Below, one piece after another: positions 36,187 through 45,685 of a stretch of 64,000 nucleotides of DNA. This DNA is from Pseudomonadota bacterium (GTDB lineage Bacteria; Bdellovibrionota_B; Oligoflexia; Oligoflexales; CAIYRB01), in contig JANOTL010000132.1 of assembly GCA_031416315.1 (NCBI GenBank), positions 16,231-80,230 on the forward strand. Direction: 5' to 3'. The translations under genes and the position numbers were made by a program. Below the pieces are notes generated by a model. It was not told the origin of the DNA, ran no database searches, and saw only the letters and a program-made list of their open reading frames with translations. Position 1 is the first letter of the stretch. Every line of letters begins with the position of its first letter.

Positions 36187-37037
36187 AAGCTCTTACCCAG
36201 GTTCTCGAGCTCCATTTTCGCCATCTCCGCCGCGTCCTCGTAAGGATGCGCCTGGATGATCTCGCGATAGCGCTGGAGCGCGGTGTCTTGTTGGCCGAGG
36301 CGCCATTCGACGCGGGCAAGCTCGAGCTTGGCGCGCGGCAACCAGGGACTCGTCGTGTTTTCGGTCATCAGATCGATGAAGATCTGGCGTGAGGTCTCGA
36401 ACTCCTTGAGGTTGGACCAGCATTTGCCGATCCAGTACTTGTGCATCCCGCCGTCGACCTTGCCGTTGTAGTCCTTGCCGATGCGGTCGTACTCGACGAT
36501 GGCACGGCCGTAGCGGCCCGAGCGGTAGAGGTCGTTCGCCGAGGCGAGCGCGGCCTGGTAGGCGTCGCCTTCCGCCTTCGACATCGAGGGATCCGCCTTT
36601 GTCGGATCGACTTCCGGCGGCTTCTCGGCTTTGGGCGGCTCTTTCGGCGACATTTCCTCGGCCATCGCCTCTTTGACGATCGGCTTCGCTGCGCCCTTTT
36701 TCTTCAGCTCCTCGGGAATGAGGCCCAGGGTGATTCCCTTTTCCAAGACGCGAACGCGCTCCTTAGAGCGCAGCTGCTCTTCCTCGAGCTCGTCGACGCG
36801 GGCCCAGAGGCGCGCCAACTTCAGCTCCTGCTCGTCGGTCCGCGAAGTCTTCGCCTTCGCCGTCTTCTTCGCGTCTTTCTTCGGCGATTCCTCGTCCTTC
36901 TCGTTCTTCTCGATCATGGCGTCGGCGCCATCCGCCTCGCCCGGCTCCACCGGCTCCACCGAATCGCCTTCGCCGAATCCCAGAAAGCTACAGCCCGAGA
37001 GGACCGCGCCGAGCGCAAGAATGAGCACGATACGCAT
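36183..37037 (-). CDS. TPR lipoprotein (second YbgF/CpoB-like)
   Basis: LSGC lipobox, coiled coil, TPRs ending IIQAHPYEDAAEMA. Confidence 0.78.
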   Translation of the reverse strand: MRIVLILALGAVLSGCSFLGFGEGDSVEPVEPGEADGADAMIEKNEKDEESPKKDAKKTAKAKTSRTDEQELKLARLWARVDELEEEQLRSKERVRVLEKGITLGLIPEELKKKGAAKPIVKEAMAEEMSPKEPPKAEKPPEVDPTKADPSMSKAEGDAYQAALASANDLYRSGRYGRAIVEYDRIGKDYNGKVDGGMHKYWIGKCWSNLKEFETSRQIFIDLMTENTTSPWLPRAKLELARVEWRLGQQDTALQRYREIIQAHPYEDAAEMAKMELENLGKSL

Positions 37038-37038
37038 G

Positions 37039-37836
37039 TCAGATCGCCCCTGCCTGAGAGACTTGCTGGATGAACTGCCGGACGGCCAGCTTGACCGCGT
37101 CCGACTGGCTGATGAACTCGACGCCGAAGCGGTAAAAGCGCATGAAGGCGCGCGTCGAGTCCTCGGCGCCGCCGCCGCTGCGATAGTGCTCTTTGATGCG
37201 CTTCACCCAGCGGATCTCGACGCCGACGTCGAGCGGATCCTGCATCGGCAGGATGAGCTTGGCGCGGTCGTCGATCAGGCCGCGACGTAAGACGCCGTTG
37301 ACCGCGGGAAAGCGGGTGACGGCGCAGAGGCCGCCGAAGCTGACGTCGGAGACGGGGATGAAGCTCGCGACGTCTTTGTGGTGCGCGAAGAAGGGGGGCG
37401 CCGTCACGTCATACTCGTCGGGCTTCCACATGCTGAGGTCAAGGAACGCCGTCAGCTCCGGCGTCGCGGGGTAGCGCGCGTTCTTCCGGCGCTCGATCGA
37501 AAGGAGGGACGTCGGCAAGCTGACGACGATGCTCGACTGCTCGCGCGAGAGGATCTGCGAGATGAAGACGACCTTCGTCGACATCATGATGAACTCGACC
37601 TGCACGCGCTGGCGCATGGTGAGGTGCGAGCAGCCCTTCTCCGAGATGTTGCTGATGCGCATCCCCGGGAGGTCGGACTCCAACACGACGCTCGAGGCGC
37701 GGCCTTTGACCGCGATGGTCGCGTCGCCGTCGGCGCGGATCATCACCTGCAGGCTAGCCTGGCAAATGCGCCGCAGAATCCGCGTGACCCGCTGCGGATT
37801 GGAGATTTTGAGACGGTTCTCGTTCTGAGTGTTCAA
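37039..37836 (-). CDS. PilZ-domain protein (YcgR-like architecture)
   Basis: ERRKNARY and DVSFGG; likely TTG start after GGAG. Confidence 0.82.
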   Translation of the reverse strand: MNTQNENRLKISNPQRVTRILRRICQASLQVMIRADGDATIAVKGRASSVVLESDLPGMRISNISEKGCSHLTMRQRVQVEFIMMSTKVVFISQILSREQSSIVVSLPTSLLSIERRKNARYPATPELTAFLDLSMWKPDEYDVTAPPFFAHHKDVASFIPVSDVSFGGLCAVTRFPAVNGVLRRGLIDDRAKLILPMQDPLDVGVEIRWVKRIKEHYRSGGGAEDSTRAFMRFYRFGVEFISQSDAVKLAVRQFIQQVSQAGAI

Positions 37837-39055
37837 GGGGCTCCAGACGAGCTGCCAGGACGGCGGCAAGGAACCAAAAGGCGAACAGGAACTCGGAGTC
37901 GCGGAAGTTGTTCTGCAGAAGGCCGGAGAAGATGGCGGCGGCGAGGAAGTAGCGAAGATGATCGGCGCGGCGCGAGGCGGCGTAGAGACCGCCGAGAAGT
38001 GCGAGGAAGCCCAGAAGTCCGATGAGGCCGGAATCTGCCGCCACCTGCAGAAAGATATTGTGCGCTGTCATCATTTTAACAGACGGCCCGAAGGGCGCAT
38101 AGTACACGGCGTACGCGCGCTCTAGGCCGGCGACGGAGACGCCGGCGAGCGGGTGATCCAGGAACATCTGCAGATGCACGCGCCAGAATAGAAGTCGCGG
38201 GAATCGCTCGGCCAGCGGCTGGTTTTCGTTGAAAAGCTCGGTCATGCGGCCGAAGGTCGAGCCCTCGAGCCACAAGGCGCCGAGGATTAGGGCGCCGCCG
38301 GCCAAGATCCAGGTTTTCCAGCGCCAAAGCGCCCGGGCTTCACACAAGGCCAAAGTCAAAGCCAGCGCCGCCAGCGGATAACGCGAGCCGGTGATGACCA
38401 AGGTGACGAGCGCGACAAAGACGATGCCGGCCCAATGGCGGACCGTCCGCCTCGGGAGCTGGGCGCGGTGGCGCAAGAGCACCCAGGCGCCGGCGACGAC
38501 GATCATCATCAAATTATACGAAAGGGTGAGCGGGTGTCCGGTGAACCCCGACACCCGGTAAACGCCGTAGGCGAAGCGGTGCTCGCCCAGGCGCGCGCCG
38601 AAGCCGTGGGTCCAGTCGATGCCGGTGTAGCGCTGCGCGACGCAGTAAATCAAGTTGATGCTCAAGCCCAGCAGAAACCAGGGCGCGATCTTCTCGATCA
38701 GCGGCCAACGCGAAGCGCGGGCCGCGAAGCTGCCGCCGACGTAGACGAACCAAAGCACCGCGAGCTTCGTCGTCATGTGCGAAGAGACCCGAAGCGCCCG
38801 GAGGGCGCCGTCGGCATAAGGCGAGGTGACGCAGGCGACCAGGCCCGAGACGAGCTGCGCGAGGATCATCGCCAGGACGCCCCAATGCACCCAGGCGAGC
38901 TCGCGGGCGGCCTTGAGATCGCCCCAGCGCTTCGTCAGCGTGAGCCACCAAAACAGCCACATCCCGCAAAAATAGCCCCCGGAGATCGGGATCACGGTCG
39001 ACCACGACGCGAGGATCAGGACGACCACCATGATTCTTGGTAAGGTCGGGCGCAT
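37754..39055 (-). CDS. O-antigen ligase (Wzy_C) family membrane protein
   Basis: Multi-TM; RVSGFTGHP, TGSR, HPLAGV, AHNIFLQ..ADSGLIG. Confidence 0.87.
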   Translation of the reverse strand: MRPTLPRIMVVVLILASWSTVIPISGGYFCGMWLFWWLTLTKRWGDLKAARELAWVHWGVLAMILAQLVSGLVACVTSPYADGALRALRVSSHMTTKLAVLWFVYVGGSFAARASRWPLIEKIAPWFLLGLSINLIYCVAQRYTGIDWTHGFGARLGEHRFAYGVYRVSGFTGHPLTLSYNLMMIVVAGAWVLLRHRAQLPRRTVRHWAGIVFVALVTLVITGSRYPLAALALTLALCEARALWRWKTWILAGGALILGALWLEGSTFGRMTELFNENQPLAERFPRLLFWRVHLQMFLDHPLAGVSVAGLERAYAVYYAPFGPSVKMMTAHNIFLQVAADSGLIGLLGFLALLGGLYAASRRADHLRYFLAAAIFSGLLQNNFRDSEFLFAFWFLAAVLAARLEPLEHSEREPSQNLQSAAGHADSAAHLPG

Positions 39056-39707
39056 GAGGCTCTCGCTCAAGAAAAGGCTCTCCCTCGCGCTCGCAAGCTT
39101 TGCCGCAGCCTCGATTCTATGCGCAGAGGTGGGGCGGGGCGAGGGCGATTCCGTGACGGTTCCGTGGCGGGGCGAAGAGAACCCGTACCGCAAGACCTAC
39201 GTGACGCTCGGCCTGGCGCGCAACTTTCCCATCTCCTTCTCCGAGGACCCGCTCGACCCCGGGCATTTCGGACCCATCGTCGGCTACCTCTACGATCTCG
39301 ACGGCGACTGGATCATGGGCGTCTCGGGTCAATTTAAGGTCCTACGCCGCGAAGCTCGCGGCAAGGACGGCTCCGACACGCTCGCGATCTGGACCGTGAC
39401 GCATTCGACCTTTTATTCCGTGCGCCTCGATCATCCGCTCTATTTCCTGGGCGGCCTCAAAATTCAGTACCTCCTGCCCGCCACGCGCGCGGGAGCGCCG
39501 GTGCGCCGTTCCGAGGACTACCGCTCCGAGATCGGCGTCGCCGCCTCGGCTTCCCTCGTCCGGATCGTCGACAAGCGCTTCATCGGCTTCGCCTGGATCG
39601 ACCGCTGGCGCGGCACGGGCTCCATGCGTCTGCACGGGATCGAGGCGGGCTTCGGCTTAGGCGTCTCACTAGGTCCCGGCGCGGATGAAGGTGAGGCGTC
39701 GCGCTAG
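39054..39707 (+). CDS. Hypothetical exported protein, probable small outer-membrane beta-barrel
   Basis: Signal-like N-terminus; alternating amphipathic beta strands, GIEAGFGLGVSL near the C-terminus. Confidence 0.62.
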   Translation: MRLSLKKRLSLALASFAAASILCAEVGRGEGDSVTVPWRGEENPYRKTYVTLGLARNFPISFSEDPLDPGHFGPIVGYLYDLDGDWIMGVSGQFKVLRREARGKDGSDTLAIWTVTHSTFYSVRLDHPLYFLGGLKIQYLLPATRAGAPVRRSEDYRSEIGVAASASLVRIVDKRFIGFAWIDRWRGTGSMRLHGIEAGFGLGVSLGPGADEGEASR

Positions 39708-39817
39708 GGGACCGGTAGACCGGGGTCAGGTTTCCGGGACCGGTAAGGCAGGACCGGTTCCGGCGGGCCGGGCTCCGGTCTCCTCGCGCGATGCCTCGCC
39801 TTTAGCGATGCGGGAAC

Positions 39818-40819
39818 CTAGGGGACGACTGAAGTCTCGAGCCCTTCGGCGAGGTCGTCCTTGGAGCACCGGGCCAAGCGGAAGTTCGCGACCCAACCAA
39901 ACCGCTGCGTCGGCCAGAGGCGCGGCAGCCCGAACTCGCGCACGTAGCGGTTGTTCGGGTCGGATTCCTCGAAGTCGCGGACGCTGGAGTAAACCAAGGC
40001 CGTCGAATGCACGAAGATCTTGTCGGTGCGCGTCGGGCTCTCGTCGCCGACGGTGGCGCCGAAAAGATCGTTGGCCGGGGTCGACGTGTAGCAGCGCGCC
40101 GCGATCTGGCAGAAACCTTGCGCCGAGTCGCGCACCTGCATCGTGCGGACGAAATCGGCGTAACGCCGCGCACCCTCGTCGCCGGGGAGGTAGCCCGCGA
40201 CGACCACGCGCTTCATGCAGACCTTTGCCCGGGTGACGCGCTCGCGGATGCGCTCCTGCACGAACGTGTACCAAAGCTGGTCGTTGTCGTGGTGCGGCGG
40301 CATTTGCACGTTGAAGACGAGGATGGGCTGCTCCTCGTAATCCACCGTCATCGCCATCAGATAGCCGCCGCTACCCATGACCCAGGATTCGCGCTCGCCC
40401 TCGTTGGGCGGGACGTAGCGCATGCCGACGCCGAGGGCCGCCGCCATGTACTGCGATTCCTGGGTGTCCTCGAAGTCCTCGACCTTGACGAGCCGCCAGT
40501 CGTAGTCGTTGAGCGAGCCCGCCTTCAGAATCTTGTAGTCCGATTCGGAGCCCGAGCCCTCGCGGGCCAGCGCCTCCTGCATCAGGACCACGTCAGGCTT
40601 GGTGTTCTTGAGCTCCTGATCGATGAGCTCCAGCCGGTCGCGCCGGAAGATCCAGTCGCCTTTCCAGCTCTTCTTCGACAATCGCGAGGGGCTGCGTTGC
40701 GCGAAAAGGCTCACCGTCTGCAGGGTCACGGGCCTTTGGTCGTAGCCGCCGGAGCGGTCGAAAAGCTCCGTGATGCAACCGGTGAGCAGGAGAAAGGCGA
40801 GCGGAAGGAGTCTCAGCAT
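39818..40819 (-). CDS. Endonuclease/exonuclease/phosphatase-fold lipoprotein with degenerate active site
   Basis: LLTGC lipobox; W..RR.RLELI, PDVVLMQE, TDKIFV. Confidence 0.72.
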   Translation of the reverse strand: MLRLLPLAFLLLTGCITELFDRSGGYDQRPVTLQTVSLFAQRSPSRLSKKSWKGDWIFRRDRLELIDQELKNTKPDVVLMQEALAREGSGSESDYKILKAGSLNDYDWRLVKVEDFEDTQESQYMAAALGVGMRYVPPNEGERESWVMGSGGYLMAMTVDYEEQPILVFNVQMPPHHDNDQLWYTFVQERIRERVTRAKVCMKRVVVAGYLPGDEGARRYADFVRTMQVRDSAQGFCQIAARCYTSTPANDLFGATVGDESPTRTDKIFVHSTALVYSSVRDFEESDPNNRYVREFGLPRLWPTQRFGWVANFRLARCSKDDLAEGLETSVVP

Positions 40820-41997
40820 CCGATGTAGCGCGAGATCACGAGGCGCTGGATCTCGCTCGTGCCCTCCCCGATGCGCAGCAGCGCGGCGTCGCGATAGTGA
40901 CGCTCGATCGGGTATTCCTTCATCAGGCCGTAACCGCCGAACGTTTGCTGGCCCTCTCGGGCGCAGTATTCGGCGACTTCCGAGCAGTAAAGTTTGGCCA
41001 TCGCCGCTTCCTTTTGGAACGCGAGGCCTTCCTGCTTCAGCCAGCACGCCTTATAGAGAAGGTTGCGCGCCGCCTCGATGCGGGTCGCCATCTCGGCGAG
41101 CTTGAACGCGACGGCCTGGTGCTTGCAGATCGGCTTGCCGAAGGTCGTGCGCTCCTGCGCATATTTCAGCGTCAGCTCGAAGGCGCCCTGCGCGAGGCCC
41201 AGACCCATGGCGCCGATCGAAAGGCGGCCGTTGTCGAGCGTCTCCATCATCATCTTGAAGCCCTGGCCGCGGGAGCCGAGCATCGCCGAGGCGGGGACGC
41301 GCACGTCGTCGAAGTAGAGCTCGCCGGTGTTCGAGGCGCGCCACATCATCTTGCCGTGCATCGCTTTTTGCGTCAGGCCCTTGGTGCCGGCCGGGACGAT
41401 GAAGCAGCTCAGCTCGGATTTGTCGTTCTTCTTGCCGGTCACGGCCTGGACGGTGATGCCCTTGGTGAGGGGACTGGCGCTGTTGGTGATCCAGATCTTC
41501 GAGCCGTTGATCACCCACTCGTTCTTGCGTTCGTCGAAGACGGCGTTAGTCTTGCTGGCCTGCGCGTCACTGCCCGCCTCGGCCTCCGTCAAGCCGAAAG
41601 CCCAGAGGCCCTCGCCGGTGCAGAGATTCGGGAGGTAGGTCTTCTTCTGCGCCTCGGTGCCGTAATAATACAGCGGCGCGGCGCCGAGGCTGTTGTGGGC
41701 GGCGATCGTCGAGGCCTGCGAGCCGTCGACGCGTGCGAGCTCCTCCACGGCGACGATGTACGACAGATAGTCCATCCCCTGGCCGCCGTACTTCGGGTCG
41801 ACGATGGTGCCGAAGAGGCCGAGCTCGCCCATTTTTCGGGTGAGCTCGACGGAGAACTCCTCCTTCTCGTCCAGCGCGTGAGCGCGCGGCGCGATCTCCG
41901 CCTCGGCGAATTTCCGCACGGTGGCGCGCATCATCTTCAGCTCTTCGGACTCGCCGAATGCGTAGATGTGCGGCGAGGATTGCTTTTCGTCGGCCAT
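40813..41997 (-). CDS. Acyl-CoA dehydrogenase
   Basis: FGLTEAEAGSD, NGSKIWITN, GGYG, IERHYRDA..LRIGEGTSEIQR. Confidence 0.95.
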   Translation of the reverse strand: MADEKQSSPHIYAFGESEELKMMRATVRKFAEAEIAPRAHALDEKEEFSVELTRKMGELGLFGTIVDPKYGGQGMDYLSYIVAVEELARVDGSQASTIAAHNSLGAAPLYYYGTEAQKKTYLPNLCTGEGLWAFGLTEAEAGSDAQASKTNAVFDERKNEWVINGSKIWITNSASPLTKGITVQAVTGKKNDKSELSCFIVPAGTKGLTQKAMHGKMMWRASNTGELYFDDVRVPASAMLGSRGQGFKMMMETLDNGRLSIGAMGLGLAQGAFELTLKYAQERTTFGKPICKHQAVAFKLAEMATRIEAARNLLYKACWLKQEGLAFQKEAAMAKLYCSEVAEYCAREGQQTFGGYGLMKEYPIERHYRDAALLRIGEGTSEIQRLVISRYIGC

Positions 41998-42007
41998 GAG
42001 AAATCTC

Positions 42008-43186
42008 CTATTCCGTGAGCGGCAAATCGCGGATCCGGCCTTCGCGGCCCGTGGCTCCGAGGAGGATGCCGAGGTAGCTCTTGTAGCGCCAACGCGAGAT
42101 GGTGCCGGCTTCGACTTGGTCTCTGATCACGCAGCTCGGCTCGTCCATGTGACGGCACTCGCGGAACTGGCATTTGCCGAGGAAAGGGCGCATCTCGACG
42201 AAGCAGTGGGAGAGCTCGATCGAGCTCTTCTCGTCGAAGGTGAAGCTCCGGATGCCCGGCGTGTCGATGGCGAAGCCGCCGGTGCCGAGCTTGATGAAGC
42301 TGGCGAAGCTCGTGGTGTGGCGGCCCTTGTAGTTGATGTCGGAGTTCGGCTCGACGGTCTGCACCAGCTCGGGCTTGAACAGGTTGATGACCGAGGACTT
42401 GCCGACGCCGGAGTGGCCGGAGAGCAGCGTCACCTTGCCCTCGAGCAAGCCGCGCAGCTCGACGAAGGCGGGGTCCGTCTTGGCGTCCGGGGCGTTCGCT
42501 TGCACGTCGAGAACCACGTAGCCGAGACCACGGTAGATGGCGCGCATCTCTTCGGCCTCGGCCGCGAGCTTCGGGTCGGTGGCGAGGAGGTCTCGCTTGT
42601 TGAGCACGATGATCGAGTTGATGCCCTCGGACTCAGCGAGCACGAGGTAGCGGTCAATCAAGCCCCATTTCACCGTCGGCGACAGGTAGCTCGCGACGAT
42701 CATGAGTTGATCCATGTTCGCGGCGAGCACGTGCAGGAGGTCGGCCTTGTGCGGATCGAGGCGCGCGAGCCGCGTTTGGCGCGGTGAAATGTGCTGCATC
42801 ACGCATTGCGGCAAGTCGACCGAGGCGTCGGCGACCTTGCCTTTTCCCGGCACGCAGAGGACGCGGTCGCCGACGGCGACGAAGTTGCGCTCGGCGCGCT
42901 TGTCCATCAGGAGGCGACGCGCGATGGTTGCGAGCCAGACGTCGCGCGTGTCGACGGTGCCGACGACCTTCTCCGGCGAGACGAAGGCGTAGCGTTTGTG
43001 CACCTCGACGACGCGCGCGGCGAAGGCTTCCGACTCGCCGCCGACGACCCAGCCGGCTTCGGCTTGCTCGAAGTCGTCCTGGGCGTCCTTCACGCGCGTG
43101 GGGCCGCCGCGCTTGCCGCGACGCTTCATCTTCACGTACTTGGCGCCGTCTTCGTCTTTGCCATACTTGTGGTCGTCGCGGGCCAT
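42008..43186 (-). CDS. rsgA: Ribosome small subunit-dependent GTPase A
   Basis: NKRD, GHSGVGKSS, GRHTT, DTPG, C.F..C.H..EP.C. Confidence 0.95.
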   Translation of the reverse strand: MARDDHKYGKDEDGAKYVKMKRRGKRGGPTRVKDAQDDFEQAEAGWVVGGESEAFAARVVEVHKRYAFVSPEKVVGTVDTRDVWLATIARRLLMDKRAERNFVAVGDRVLCVPGKGKVADASVDLPQCVMQHISPRQTRLARLDPHKADLLHVLAANMDQLMIVASYLSPTVKWGLIDRYLVLAESEGINSIIVLNKRDLLATDPKLAAEAEEMRAIYRGLGYVVLDVQANAPDAKTDPAFVELRGLLEGKVTLLSGHSGVGKSSVINLFKPELVQTVEPNSDINYKGRHTTSFASFIKLGTGGFAIDTPGIRSFTFDEKSSIELSHCFVEMRPFLGKCQFRECRHMDEPSCVIRDQVEAGTISRWRYKSYLGILLGATGREGRIRDLPLTE

Positions 43187-45685
43187 TTACACTGGACCCC
43201 CGGGAGCTTCCGTGGAGGTCATGCGCAGGATGCTCTGGCGGATGTCGGTGCTGAGGAGCCCAAGCGACTGCGCCGAGGTCGAGGCGATGCGCGGGTCCAC
43301 GGTCATGCGGCCTTCATCGAGCTCATGCGCAAGGCCCAGGTCCTTTAGGCGGTCGACGAATGTCTTGAACAGGTTCTTGTCGAAGAACTCGGGCTCGCTG
43401 CGGCCGTTGAGGATGGAGATTCGTTGCGCCATGAGCTGGCAACGCGTCTCGAAATCTTTACGAAGGAAGGGGTTGCCGTCCGCATGTTGGGCGAGGAGGG
43501 CGGCGGAGACGGCGTAGCGCTCGAGCGTCTGGCCGAGAGCGCGGCCCAAGATCTTGAGGGAGGCGAAATCCTGCGAGGTGAAATCCGGGCGCCGGAGCTC
43601 CGGCCCGTGGCGGAACAGAAGCTTCTCCGAGACCAGGGCTTCGATGACGCCGCGCGCGACTTTCTCCGCGTCGCCGGGCGGCCAGCGCAGGAAGAATTCG
43701 GCTTGAAGGAAGGGATAGAGACGAGCGCAGGCGGAGACCAAGGTGTCCTCGGTCATCGTCTCGTTGTGCTGGAAAAAGCTGGCGACGAGTGACGGCATGG
43801 CGACGAGATGCAGGACGTTGTTGCGGTAGTAGGTCAGCAGCACGCTCTCTCGTTCGTCGAGATGAATGACGTCGCCGATCGGATGGTGGAAGCGCTCGGC
43901 CTTGCAGACCGACATCGCGTGCTTGAGCCAGTCTTTGGTCGTGCCGTCGGGTAGCGAGACGTCGCGGCTGTAAGGCGCGGCGCGCATGGAGGAGACGAGC
44001 TTTTCCATCATGTAGAGGAGCTCCTCCTCCGCCATCGCCTTTTGCTGCGAGGACAAAAGCACGAGCGCGAAGATCGCGAGCGGACTGACCACCGCCGTGC
44101 TGTTGACGCGCGTCATCACCTGATCGGCGAGGTCTAAAACGAAGGGGTGGAGCCACTTCGGCTTCTCGTCGGGGTTCTTGGTCTCCTCGCGCCAGGCGGG
44201 ATGGCGCTCGTCCAAATGCTTCGCGAGGTGCAAGGGCTCGCCGAAGCCGATGTAGGCCTTGCCGAAATAGTTCTTCAGCACGCGGCGCGCCTTCATCAGG
44301 CCGGAGACGGATTCCTTGCTCTTCTTCGCGCCGCGCAGCTCGGATTGGTACGTTCGGACTTCCATGACCTTGTCGTAGCCGATGTAAACCGGGATCAAGA
44401 CGATTGGCTTGGTGGAGTCGCGAAAGAAGCTCTGCACCACCATCGCGAGCATGCCGGTCTTCGGCGCGAGCAGGCGACCGGTGCGGCTGCGGCCGCCTTC
44501 CAGATAGAATTTGACCGGGTGGCCCTTGGTCAGCAGGTAATGCATGTACTCGTTGAACACCGCCGTGTAGAGGCGGTTGCCGCCGAACGTCCGGCGCAGG
44601 AAGAAGGCGCCGCCGCGGCGCAGGAGCGGCCCCAGAGGCCAGAAATCCAGGTTAATGCCGGCCGCGATGTGCGGCGGCACGAAGCCCTCGTAGTAGATCG
44701 AGTAGGAGAAGAGCAGATAGTCGAGGTGGCTGCGATGGCTCGGCAAATAGACGAACTCGTGCGTCTGGTCGAGCTCGCGCAAGCGCGCGCCGTGGCGGAC
44801 GACGATGCCGTCGAAGATCTTGCGCCAGACGTACGAGAGGAAGAGGTCAAAGAGGCGCACCATCGAGTACTGCTGCTCGGAGGCGATCTCCTGCACGTAC
44901 TTGCGGGCGAGGACCTCGGCCTTGTTCAGCGTGATCTTCTTTTTGCGGGCTTCTTCGGCGATCGCCTCACGGACTGTACGCGTCTTCAAAAGGTGCGCGG
45001 CGACGAGGCTGCGAGTCGGCAGGCTCGGGCCCAAGGCGCCGGTCCTTTGGCGGCGGAAGTGGACGCGGACGACGCGCCTGAGCTTCTTCGTCGTGTCGGG
45101 CGCCGAGGCGCCCTCGTCGACCAGGTTACGCAGGGAGATCGGCTTGCCGAACTGGATGAAGTTGGAGCGGCCCTGCGCGATGACGATGAACATCTTCTGC
45201 AGCATGCCGGCGTGCTCGTCGTCGAAGAAGGCGAGCTTGAGCACCGACTTTTCGTCTTTGCCCGGGTTTCGGCCCCAGAAGACGCTGGTCGGGACCAGCT
45301 GGACCTCCATCGATGGGTCGGCCTTTGCCTGCTCGATCAGGCTGAGCAGTTGGCCGTGGACGTCTTTCGGCGTGCCGCGCTCCATCTGCAAGAGGCCCGT
45401 GCGCTGCAACGAAATGAAGGCGACGGCGCCGGGTGACCGCAGCGAGGTGGCGCGATGGCGCGGGATCGGCAAGCCGAGGCGGCGCGTCTGCTCGTCGAGC
45501 ACCATGAGATCGGAGAGCGAGTTGTTGCTCAGGATGTAGCAGACGGGTTTCGTCGGATCGATGCCGAGCTCGTCGAGCGGATTCTGGGGCACGATTTTCG
45601 TACGCACCCACAGATAGATCAGCTTGCGCAGCCAAAAAAAGAAACCGAGCTTGTTACGCTGGAGTGCGGACAATTGGGGGCTCAC
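43187..45685 (-). CDS. plsB: Glycerol-3-phosphate 1-O-acyltransferase
   Basis: HRSHLDY, GAFFLRR, EGGRSRTG, YYRNN. Confidence 0.95.
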   Translation of the reverse strand: MSPQLSALQRNKLGFFFWLRKLIYLWVRTKIVPQNPLDELGIDPTKPVCYILSNNSLSDLMVLDEQTRRLGLPIPRHRATSLRSPGAVAFISLQRTGLLQMERGTPKDVHGQLLSLIEQAKADPSMEVQLVPTSVFWGRNPGKDEKSVLKLAFFDDEHAGMLQKMFIVIAQGRSNFIQFGKPISLRNLVDEGASAPDTTKKLRRVVRVHFRRQRTGALGPSLPTRSLVAAHLLKTRTVREAIAEEARKKKITLNKAEVLARKYVQEIASEQQYSMVRLFDLFLSYVWRKIFDGIVVRHGARLRELDQTHEFVYLPSHRSHLDYLLFSYSIYYEGFVPPHIAAGINLDFWPLGPLLRRGGAFFLRRTFGGNRLYTAVFNEYMHYLLTKGHPVKFYLEGGRSRTGRLLAPKTGMLAMVVQSFFRDSTKPIVLIPVYIGYDKVMEVRTYQSELRGAKKSKESVSGLMKARRVLKNYFGKAYIGFGEPLHLAKHLDERHPAWREETKNPDEKPKWLHPFVLDLADQVMTRVNSTAVVSPLAIFALVLLSSQQKAMAEEELLYMMEKLVSSMRAAPYSRDVSLPDGTTKDWLKHAMSVCKAERFHHPIGDVIHLDERESVLLTYYRNNVLHLVAMPSLVASFFQHNETMTEDTLVSACARLYPFLQAEFFLRWPPGDAEKVARGVIEALVSEKLLFRHGPELRRPDFTSQDFASLKILGRALGQTLERYAVSAALLAQHADGNPFLRKDFETRCQLMAQRISILNGRSEPEFFDKNLFKTFVDRLKDLGLAHELDEGRMTVDPRIASTSAQSLGLLSTDIRQSILRMTSTEAPGGPV

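Noticed and set aside
39708..39817. Cluster of GACCGGT motifs between convergent genes, superficially SRP-RNA- or REP-like
   Set aside because: Lacks the SRP GGAA tetraloop/AGCAG motif, no second copy in the window, no clear terminator
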